A stretch of DNA of 64,000 bases from Heteronotia binoei (taxonomy: Eukaryota): contig NC_083223.1 in the NCBI RefSeq assembly GCF_032191835.1, positions 52,142,001 to 52,206,000 of the forward strand. The letters are read 5' to 3'. This document shows positions 35,038-45,700 of the stretch, in pieces. Position numbers and translations under genes: made by a program. The notes under the pieces were generated by a model. It was not told where the DNA came from. It saw only the letters and a program-made list of their open reading frames with translations, and ran no database searches. Every line of letters starts with the position of its first letter. The stretch's first letter is position 1.

Positions 35038-35375
35038 CTGCCAACCTGCAGGACTAGATTGACAGTGCTTTGCCAACCTCCAGGACTGGATTGACAGGGG
35101 AGAGTGCACTTTGCCATCCTCTGGGACTGGATTGACAGGGGAGAGTGTACTTTGCCAACCTCCAGGGCTGGATTGACAGGGGGGAAATGTGCTTTGCCAA
35201 CCTCCGGGACTGGACTGATAGGGCAAAATGCACTTTGCCAACCTCCAGGCCTGGATTGACAAGGCAAAATGCACTTTGCCAACCTCCAGGACTGGATTGA
35301 CGGGGAAAGGTACTCTGCCAACCTCCAGGACTGGATTGACAGGGGGAAAGATACCCAGCCAACCTCCAGGTACTG
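35038..35375 (+). repeat. Minisatellite with a unit of about 41 bp, about 8 copies (TGCCAACCTCCAGGACTGGATTGACAGGGG...)
   Basis: Units start at about 35070, 35112, 35153, 35195, 35236, 35277, 35316 and 35358; this explains the repetitive ORFs 34788-35438 and 34852-35445. Confidence 0.95.
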
Positions 35376-35679
35376 CAGTGGGGCTGCAGTTGTATTGGGG
35401 GGCGGGGGCGCGATCCTGTGTACTTTTTGCAGAAGCAAACTCCACGGAGTTCAGAGGCTTGCTCTCAAGTGCATCGATTTGCAGCCTGAGATAAATGGGG
35501 GTTGTAGTTTGTTTATATATATATATATATATTAAGTATCCGCTTGGTGCGTTCGCCCGGCCAACCGACTAGGGTTGGCGTAAACATGTTGGAAATGCTG
35601 TCTAGCTTGGAATAGGCATAGAGCTCTTTTTTCCACAGCGAGGACTCACTGTTGTCAAGAAGTAGCCTCGAACGCCAGG

Positions 35680-35810
35680 GTTCGTTTTCCCGCCCTGTGA
35701 GAGGAGAGAAACAGGCGTGTGCAAGAATATACATTCTCCCTGCCGGGTGGGGATATTAATACGCTTGCGCGCTAGTTGCTTCTTGCGGCGGTGAGCTTTT
35801 CCCGCCAATA
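35680..35810 (+). promoter_or_regulatory. CpG-rich segment with E2F-like TTTTCCCGCC motifs
   Basis: TTTTCCCGCC at about 35685 and 35797; the second is retained in copy B (about 60366). Confidence 0.45.
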
Positions 35811-36534
35811 GAGGTGGTGCATATAGTTTCGGTTCTTTTTCCTTTTGTTTAAATACGGCTATGTATGGGGCAGTGTAACAGTTTAGAGAAACCCACTCTA
35901 CTACAAATAGAATACCTCGTTCAGCTTTTCTTCTCTATACATGTGTTCACATCCTGGAATACCAATTTAAAAATCCAGTGCGGTGGACAGAGATTTCTGA
36001 AATCATTTATTATGTAACCTTGTGCTATTTGTGTCTTAAAATGCAACACATGTATGTTTAGCATTGTAAAATGCATGCTTTTTCAATAAAAGTTTTGTTT
36101 GTTTTTTTAAAAAACAAATAGAATACTTTTTTCTTAGGTTGCCAGCCCCCGACGTGGGATGGGGGACTAAAATAGTTAGATCCAAATTGAGAAACTCCTG
36201 CCGATACGGGGATGGAGCCTGGGGAGGGCAGTGAGACCAATGCCATTGAGTTCCCTTTTCAAAGTGTTCATTTTCTTCAGGGGAACTGATTTCTGTAGTC
36301 TGGAGATCAGCTTTGTCTCCAGGTGAAACACCCCCTCCCCCACATCCATACCTTTTATACTGTCCCAAAGTATGCAACAGTCAGAGAGATTTAATAGAAA
36401 ATGGCTACAGAAGTGCTTGGCCATTCCTGATGCTTCAAGATTAAGATTACTTCTAAGTAGCCTCTGCAAAAGCTATTTTGTAGATGTGGCAAACTTTAGT
36501 TTTACTGTGGTTTTTAATTTTTGTTTTATAGTGT

Positions 36535-36558
36535 ATGACCTGTGAGTTGTTAAACTGA
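36535..36558 (+). promoter_or_regulatory. 7-codon uORF upstream of RNASEH1-A Met1
   Basis: ATG ACC TGT GAG TTG TTA AAC TGA, 3 nt after a strong acceptor (ttttgttttatag, AG 36530-36531); the paralog keeps the same start, length and stop. Confidence 0.6.
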
Positions 36559-36604
36559 ATAAAGTTGACTTGAGTGGGGTGAGGCTGCAGGGAAAGTAGG
36601 GATC

Positions 36605-36720
36605 ATGCTGTACTGGGCCTTGGGCTGGTTAATTCACCCTCGTTTTCTCCCCAGCAGTTGCAGCGGGAACATGTTCTATGCTGTGCGCAAAGGCAGGAGG
36701 CCAGGAGTGTATTCATCCTG
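36605..36720 (+). CDS. RNASEH1: RNASEH1-A first coding exon (mitochondrial leader plus start of HBD)
   Basis: In-frame ATGs at 36605 and 36671; donor TG|GTAAGC. Confidence 0.9.
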
Positions 36721-39700
36721 GTAAGCAGCCAAACAGAAGGTGGAGCACCAGATACCCTGCCCCCCCTTCTTGTTTCTTCCCCAGTTCCCTGAACTTATTA
36801 AATCTGTTTCCCATTGATTTGGTGAACTCAGTGGAGTATATTTCTGAGGAAATGTTTAGCCTTTCTTCTTCAGAAGTCATCAAACAACTTTGGTTCCTTG
36901 TTTCTTGAGAGTATCAGTGCCCTGGTGTTCAGATGACACAAAGAGATCCCAAGCTACAACATGTCACCCAGGATGTTGTCCTAACCCCATTAAGTGTTGT
37001 CACTGAGAGTATGTTCATTGTGCTTAGTTTAACAACAGTGTACAAAGAATAAAACCGGTTAGAAATCAGTTTGAAAGAACTGGAGTTCCCCCTCCCACCC
37101 ACAATGAACTATCTAATTTGTGCATTTGTTTGGGTATTTATTTCTCTGTTTTCTTTTCTCCATTTTATCTTTAGAATAACCTTGTGAGGTAGGTTACACT
37201 GATAGAATGTAACTGGCCTAAGAACACATCAGACTTCCATGGCATAAGAACATAAGAGAAGCCATGTTGGATCAGGCCAACGGCCCATCCAGTCCAACAC
37301 TCTGTGTCACACAGTGGCAAAAAATTTTATATATACACACACACTGTGGCTAATAGCCACTGATGGACCTGTGCTCATATTTTTATCTAAACCCCTCTTG
37401 AAGGTGGCTATACTTGTGGCTGCCACCACCTCCTGTGGCAGTGAATTCCACATGTTAATCACCCCTTGGGTGAAGAAGTACTTCCTTTTATCCGTTTTAA
37501 CCTGTCTGCTCAGCAATTTCATCGAATGCCCACGAGTTCTTGTATTGTGAGAAAGGGAGAAAAGTACTTATTTCTCTGCTTTCTCCATCCCATGCATTAT
37601 CTTGTAAACCTCTATCATGTCACCCCGCAGTCGACGTTTCTCCAAGCTAAAGAGTCCCAAGCGTTTCAACCTTTCTTCATAGGGAAAGTGCTCCAGCCCT
37701 TTAATCATTCTAGTTGCCCTTCTCTGGACTTTCTCCAATGCTATAATATCCTTTTTGAGGTGCGGCGACCAGAACTGCACACAGAACTCCAAATGAGACC
37801 GCACCATCGATTTATACAGGGGCATTATGATACTGGCTGATTTGTTTTCAATTCCCTTCCTAATAATTCCCAGCATGGCGTTGGCCTTTTTTATTGCAAA
37901 CGCACACTGTCTTGACATTTTCAGTGAGTTATCTACCATGACCCCAAGATCTCTCTCTTGGTCAGTCTCTGCCAGTTCACACCCCATCAACTTGTATTTG
38001 TAGCTGGGATTCTTGGCCCCAATGTGCATTACTTTGCACTTGGCCACATTGAACCGCATCTGCCACGTTGACGCCCACTCACCCAGCCTCAACAGATCCC
38101 TTTGGAGTGCCTCACAATCCTCTCTGGTTCTCACCACCCTGAACAATTTAGTGTCATCCGCAAACTTGGCCGCTTCACTGCTCACTCCCAACTCTAAATC
38201 ATTTATGAACAAGTTAAAGAGCATGGGACCCAGTACCGAGCCCTGCGGCACCACACTGCTTACCATCCTCCACTGCGAAGACTGCCCATTTATACTCACT
38301 CTGGCAGAATGGGGATTCAAACCTGTGGCCCCCAAATATCACTCTTAACCTCTACACTGACTCTTTTTTGTTGTTAACATTGGAAGTTAGGACCACATGA
38401 TCTCAGTAAGGGCCAAGCTGTGGTGCCTGCCATTTTAGAAATGAATTTGACCATTTAAAAAATGCAGCCCTTGTGGCATGTTTTTGAATGGTCATATTCT
38501 TCTCTAAAATGGCATCAGTGGCCACAGATAGAACTCATGGGGTACTGTTTGCTCCTGACTTTCAAGAGTATAAAAGTGCTTTGGAAACCTTTTATAGTTC
38601 ACACTAATTGTTAAATAGTTAAATAATAGTTTAGTGTTACAAATTGGAGAGATGGTGATGAATTGAAATTACTGCCTGCTGTGTAGGGGCTTGAGTGTGG
38701 CTTGATGGCTGGAAGCTGTGTGCCTCTTTCCTCCCATTATCCAGGACTGGGATGTTGGCTCAGGTATTCTTGCTGTTTTATTTAGATTGTCTGTGCTCTA
38801 GCTTATATTGTTTGCTAGTACGTGTTCTTCAACTTAATATAGGTTGGTCTCCCCATACTCTTCCTATAGTACAAAGCAAAATATAGATAGTGCCCAAGTG
38901 TACATATGTACCCCCCACTGCTTTTCAAGTGTACGTATACATTTCTTACTGCCCCCCCAGCCCTGCTTTTTAATCACAATTAGTATGAAATTAATCAGGG
39001 TGAGAAATGTAAATAACTTTAAATATGGGAAGGGATTTTCAGGGTCATGGAATCCTGGCGTTTAGCTGCTCCCTGCCCTCCTTCTAAACGCCTTTATCAC
39101 ATAGCTTGTTTTGCCATTTACATCTTTATGTCTTTATAGGGATGAATGTAGAGACCAAGTTGATGGATACGGGTATGCTAGTTTCAGAAAATTTGAAAGT
39201 GAGGAAGATGCTTGGGACTTTGCAAATGGCGAGTCATCGAGATCAACAGGTAACTCTCACAGAAAGAACTGGTGGTTGGCAGATACATGGAACTGGGCAT
39301 GATGTATTCCACTGAAAATACATCTTGTTATCAGACCATACCTGCTAGCAGCGTAATGGACTGGTCATATATCTGATAGAATGTTCCTTCTATTTTTCTT
39401 CAGATGGTGTCAGTTGAATGCTCAGTTACATAATTTAAGTAAATTGTTATTCTGAAGTTTTGGTTGAGTTACTGTTGTACTAAAAATAGCTTTTTAAAAA
39501 GTGAAATGTTTAGATCTATTTAATAGGAAAAAATCAGTTTAAAATACCCACTAAAAAGTTAAAGCTAGAAGAAAAAGGCATAGGCATGTATTCTGAAGAT
39601 TATAACACTTCTCTGTGGTTAAAGTGATCTGAAAAATCTTACAAGAGAGCTACCAGGTTATATCTTTACATGACATTTTTCCCCATATAGATACATTCTC

Positions 39701-42700
39701 CACCCCACCCCATTTTCTGGGAGCCTGTTTCACAGTGTAGGAGGCAGAATAGAAAAGCAAGGATGGTATGATCTATGAGCTTGGTCTGCTATATAAACTT
39801 AATCAAGACACATTCCCACTGGTTGCAAGAAATAGACAAGAAATTTTCTAGTCTTGGCCCAGCGAAGGACGGTATATTGGGACTTCAGAAAAGTGAATCT
39901 TTACGATTGAAAAATTTATAAACGATCTATATCACTTTATCACAGTTATACGAGCTTGGAGAGTATGCTCAACCAATTTTTTTCTTTTTTTGCATTTTTC
40001 CATCTGTAATCACTCTAGGCTATGTAAAATTTTTAGCAGTTCCTTGTTACCATAAAGCATTTATGCTCATGCATTTGAATGCTGCCCTTTCAGCTGTCCT
40101 GTATGGGAGATATTGTAATTATCTTATTCAGACAGGCTTTGCCAGTGTGGCCTGAAAAGGGTTGACTCCTTGCCCTACATGACACTGGAATGTCTATTAT
40201 AATTTCTATCCTGAGTTATGGATTGCCCCTATTTTAACAAAATTACCATCTACCTTATCAAAAGATAGGTCTTGACCTGGATAGCTCTGGCAAACCCAAT
40301 CTTGTCAGATCTCAGAAGCTAAACAGGGCCAACCCCGGCAAGTATTTGGATGGGAGACCTCCAGAGGATACCAAAGTCAGGAAGCAGAGGCAGCCTATCA
40401 AGCCACTTCTCTGAATGTCCTCCATGCCCCAGTAGGAGTCTCCAGAGGCTGCCATGACTTACAGGCACAGGGGCACAAACAGACACACGCATGTGAATAC
40501 ACACACAAATTTACAAAAAGATAACACATTCCCTTATCTGTTGATGGATAGAGAGCTAAGGACTTAGCTGAATGTGGTCAAGTATCTCTCCACCACATTT
40601 TCCTTAAAGAAGTTGAAAAGGAACAGACTAGCTGATTCCAGGCAGGCTGTCTTAAGCAGAAACATTCAGTAGGTAGTAGCCTGAGGGTAGTAGCTTGGGC
40701 ACGGAAGCAGTCCTTGAGATAAATACATACCACTAAAATAGGAAAGTTCCAGTGAAATGGGCCATTCAGTTGAGAAGCTAGAAAACCAGAATTGCATTTA
40801 TGTGTACACTTCAATGAAAATTAATCCCACCAAACTCGTTCAGAGGAAACAGGTGAAGTTTGGCTGCAAGTCTGATAAGTTACAGTTCTAAAGTGATTGG
40901 GATCTCGGTCTTTCACTTCTGGTGAGTAGCTCGCTTTGCATAGAAGGTTCTGTTCTTACTGAAAACCTCTGTTGCATAATACAATATATTCCCTTTATAC
41001 TGGGAATGTTGACAGGAGATACAAGGAATACAGATGCATGACTACCTGGTGACCCAGTGGTTGTTACTGAAGGTGCACTTTATGCTTGTCTTCCTAGTAT
41101 TGTAGCACGTGCATGCTACAGCCCTCCTACTTTAGAGTGTGATGCTTCACTAACTTGTTTGTCAAGCTAGTTTAGTCTGATATATGTCAGAAAGATGTGC
41201 TCTGAAATTCACTGTCATTATAATCTCTGGACAAAATTTGAGTCCAGTGGCACCTTTAAGTCCACCAAAGATGTGCCAGGTATAAGCATCACTTCTTGGA
41301 TACATTTACACATCAATATATCCAATATTTGTTTGCTTCACTATGATTTCCCAGATAATTAAATCCAAACAAATGGTGACTATAAACTAAGCTTGTTAGA
41401 CAGTGGGGTGACAGCAGAGGAGCCATATGGGTAGCAAAGGCTGCACATTATAGTATATGTGCCTTTTCCTTGACATAGTTCAATGGTTGAGCAAAAGAAA
41501 GGTCATAGCAGAGGTGAGTCTTAAAGACAGATTTGAGAGAGAGACATTTTGTCAGGTCTAGAATTCAATTTAATTCTACTGAGGAAAACTGAAAATGAAA
41601 CAATTTTTTTATTGACTAATAACAGAAGGACATATGCATTTGTACAGAAGTTCACTTTAGGGCAAGTGAAAAATTAGAAATGTGGAAATATGTTTTATGC
41701 CCAAGTAGAAAGAATTAATTTCTAACCTGTATCTCGAAGAGTTTATGAGCCATTGTATTTATGATTGTATTTCTGAATTAAAAAATTAAGCAAGGTAAGC
41801 AAAATACAAATTTATGTTCATAGGACGCTATACAGATGTTTATACTGATGGATGTTGTTCAAATAATGGACGCCGTGATGCACGTGCTGGAACAGGAGTC
41901 TATTGGGGACCTGATCATCCTCTGTAAGTACAATCCCATGATAATTAGATAACATTTCTTAAAATTCAGTCTCTGTAACAGTTTCAAGAATTGCAAATCA
42001 ACACTTTGGATTTCTGTACCCAAATGACTGCTTTATGTCATTGACTCTCTGACGACTGCAAAATCCATTTGAACCAATAATGCTGAACTTAGTACCTCCC
42101 ATCATTAGTTATAATTAAAGTAAAGAAATGGATAAATATGTACTCAGAAGTGCTACATTAGGTAAAGTCGGGACCCAAGTTTAAGAAATTAAGCTTTCTT
42201 GTCCCACTGTGTTTGATATATAAATGTACTATGCAACTATTTAAATATTAAAATTTTTAGTGTATTGTATGTTGAAAGCAGCTAAATTAGTGTTGTGAGT
42301 TCAGAACTTCTACTTAAAACAGCTAATATTTCTGTTCATGTCTTGCAAATTATTATGAAGCGCCTGCTCCGTTGGGCTATTGTGCTCCTTTCTTTCTATC
42401 ATACATTCCTGTTGCTGTTGAAATAACCTGCTTTTCCCCTCAGTAGAAAGTGGGTATGAAACTTACTTTTGTTTGGTTCAATTTCTGCCTAGCCCTTCCC
42501 GTAAACAGGCTCAGAGCAGGTTACAACATTGGTTTAAAAGAATAAGTCAAACATTATCCCTAACCAAATGGTGTTCAGACTATTTAAGCTATTTTCCTAC
42601 ATCCCAATGGTATTCAGTTCAGAAAAAGATGGTAAGTGCTCTACTTTCAGCGGTAGTAACAAGACTTTATAAGAAATAATAACAAATGATAACAGGAGGG

Positions 42701-45700
42701 ACCAGATGGTATTTGACATCTGCTGCCTCACCCAAAAGCCTAGTGAAATAGCTCAATTTAACAGCCCCTGTGGAACTATAAAAGGTCCAAAGGGCTCTGA
42801 TCTCTAGTGGCAACTTATTCCACCAGGTTGGGACCAGGGCCGAAAACGCTGTGGACCTAGTTGAGGCTAGGCAGATGTCTTTTGGGCCAGGGATAACCAG
42901 TAAGTGTTGTTTAATGAACGCAAAGCTCAACAAGGCACATATAAGGAGAGGCAGTCCCATAGGTATGTTGGTCCCTGGCCACTCAGGGCCTTAAAGGTAA
43001 TGCCAGCACCTTGAACCAAGCTTGGAATTCTTTCTACAGCCAGTGCAGTTTGTGGAGCACAGGCTGAATGTGTGCCTGTGAAGCCTTCAGCAAATTAAGG
43101 TCTCTGGGCCCAGATAAGCTATCTGGGCCCAGAAACCTTAATAGAAAATCCATTCCACATTTTCCTTGCAACTTTGTGCTGCAGTGTGTTTCAATGGAGT
43201 GGAACTCAGTTTCACTTTCTAGTGTTCCTATGACCAGCTGAAGTTGTTGCCTTCTGAAGTTGTGTCCTTGCAAATAAAGGGTTGATGCTTTGAACCAGCT
43301 TGTCTTTGCTGAATTGACCTGAGAACTGGTGCCTAGTGAGTACTCTAACCTGGGAACCCTCAGCCAAAGAGGGATATTACACTGGAGAGCAATTGCCAAT
43401 CTGAGTAGACAGAAGGATGGGGGGGGGGGGGGGGAGAAGCTTGCAAGGCCCAGCCATTTCATGTTTTCCTAGTTTCAGAATTTTATAGATTTTGTTTCTG
43501 TTGTGATCCTTGTGCTTTTTCTAGATGATTGATTTTTAAAATTGCATTGCCAAATCCCACTATTCCCCCACTTTTCCATTTTAAACAAAATATTGCAAGA
43601 GTTTTTTGTGAGTTTGTATTTTAAGTAAAGAATATATTTTTATTGTGTTTGTCTGTGTCATTTATAAAGTTTATATTTCCACTACCTGGTATTACATATT
43701 ATGACATGCATGGCGTGGCCCCACAAAGCCCCCCATTTATGTCAGATCTGGCCCTCCTAACAAATGAGTTTGACACTCCTGATCTAGTCAAATGGGTCTC
43801 CTGGTGAAGACATTTACAGCCCTTGAACTAATCTCACTATACCAGATAGATCCAGGTTGCGTAGCTGTCTTGGTCTGAAGCACGAGAACAGATTTTGAGT
43901 CCAGTGGCACCTTAAGACCAACAAAAGTTTATTCAGGGTATGAGCTTTCGTGTGCACACACACTTTTTCAGATACATAGAAATGTAACACCATACCAGGT
44001 CATACTCCCTTCTCCCCATTTGTGTATCCTAAATTTACAGTTCTGACACTCTTCACCCAAATGATAAACTTCTCATCCTTAATCAGGGTAACTGAGAACC
44101 ATGGACACCTATAAGCCATCCAGCTTCTCCTGAAAGTTTGTTTTCTCTCTGGAATACCCTTCAAGGTGTTGTTTTAGAGCTGACATGTCAGCATTTGTCC
44201 AAGGAAACATTTTTTCCTAGAAAAATAGCACCCATCTCCAGAGTTGTGTGTATGCAATGTAGGTATGCCATCCTTGCATGCTTGTAATTGTTTTTTTAAA
44301 AATTAAATGAACAGTTGTATGATGAGTTTTATTTACATTATTTATAGCCTGCTTTTCTCACTGGGACTCAAGGCAGATTACACAAAGTGAGTGAATACAG
44401 TCAACAGGATGGGACAATACAATCAACAGGATTTGAGTTGCAAAACCCATAAGAAATCCAAAAAAGCAAAATTGAAGCAAAGCATAGGTGTTAACATGAC
44501 ACATAAAATGATGAAAAATTACATAGCAGAATCCAATATACCACACACTCAACATAATATAAACCACAGTCATTAATCGTTTGTCCATGTAACTTTGTGA
44601 AACATTGTACAGTACTATCCTATTGCCTACATAGAAAAGCCCTCTTGAATAATTCAGTTTGGCATAGTTTGCAGAAAGCCAGAAGAGTTGGAGCATTCCT
44701 GACCTCTTTAGGCAGTCTACTCCACAAGGTCACAGCAGAAAAGGGATGTGTATGAGCAGTTTTTGATTTTGCCCATTTGTAGGTTACCTGCACAGGGCCC
44801 TGTTCAGATGAGCAAAGCTGTCATGGTGGAGCAAGGAGGAGAGACAGTGTTGCAGAGATTAGGGTACAAGACCATGAAGGGTTTTGTATGTGACAGCCAG
44901 TACTTTAAATGGAGCCCCATAATTGATGGGCAGAATGGGAGTAATATGCATGCTCCAACTAGGTCCCTGTAATAACTGAGCTGCAGCATTCTGTCCCTAT
45001 CATAAAATCCAACTAAAAATAACTATTTGTGTAACTTTCTACTGCAAAGACAATTTAGTATTTAATTGTTCCATAAAAATAATTTCTGATCAGATGATTT
45101 TTTTTATTTCTATTTTTTTTGCAGAAATGTTAGTGAGAGACTTCCTGGGCGGCAAACTAATCAAAGAGCTGAAATAAATGTAAGTTGCAGTACAAAATTT
45201 ACAAGACCTGTGTTATCCCAACTTCCTGATTTGCATGGGGATTTGCTCTTTTGCTCCCCTGAAAGATGATTTACTACTGGTAACACTTTAAGATTTATGT
45301 TAACAGACATTGCCAAATTATAGTTTGGTGTTTTATTAACAATACCGCAGCTTATATACTTTATCTTCCCATATGCAGTGTTGTTTGTGGCAATCCAGTT
45401 TGTCAGTGCAAATTAACTGGAAACTCTGTGGTTGGTGCTTGCCCTCCAAAGCAGAATCAGAAGCTACAACTTGGTCGTGGCTTCTAAGTCTGGCTTGGAG
45501 ACTAAACACTTATTTAGTTTGCCAGTTCAGATGGAATAGTAATCTGTAGCATCCTATGAAATGGGAAGGGGACTGCAGGGGGAGTAGGGAGCATGTCAGC
45601 TGACACTAAGCCACTATAAGATGATTGTTTAATCACCCATTAGGAAAATAGAATATTTTCATGGAGCACTATAGTGGATCATATAGTTGATAAATGCATG

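Noticed and set aside
35038-35375. Regularly spaced repeats resembling a CRISPR array
   Set aside because: The units are contiguous with no unique spacers, the context is vertebrate, and there are no cas genes.
34788-35445. Long overlapping ORFs (216, 197 and 102 aa) with repeated CQSSPGGWQS motifs
   Set aside because: They are by-products of the 41-bp minisatellite; there is no splice or protein-family support.
36372-36541. 57-codon ORF that could splice in frame to the RNASEH1 ATG as an alternative leader
   Set aside because: The true leader is the in-exon Met1 at 36605; part of this segment is inverted in copy B and it has no targeting-peptide resemblance.
37466-38348. Antisense ORFs (124 and 111 aa) duplicated at 54369-54743
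   Set aside because: They are shadow frames of the CR1 RT ORF.
39691-39765. 75-nt phase-symmetric candidate for the RNASEH1 linker exon (starts DTFS)
   Set aside because: It has two in-frame TAG stops; at best a decayed relic, and possibly chance.
40610-40672. 63-nt symmetric candidate linker exon
   Set aside because: In-frame TGA, weak donor, and not conserved in copy B.
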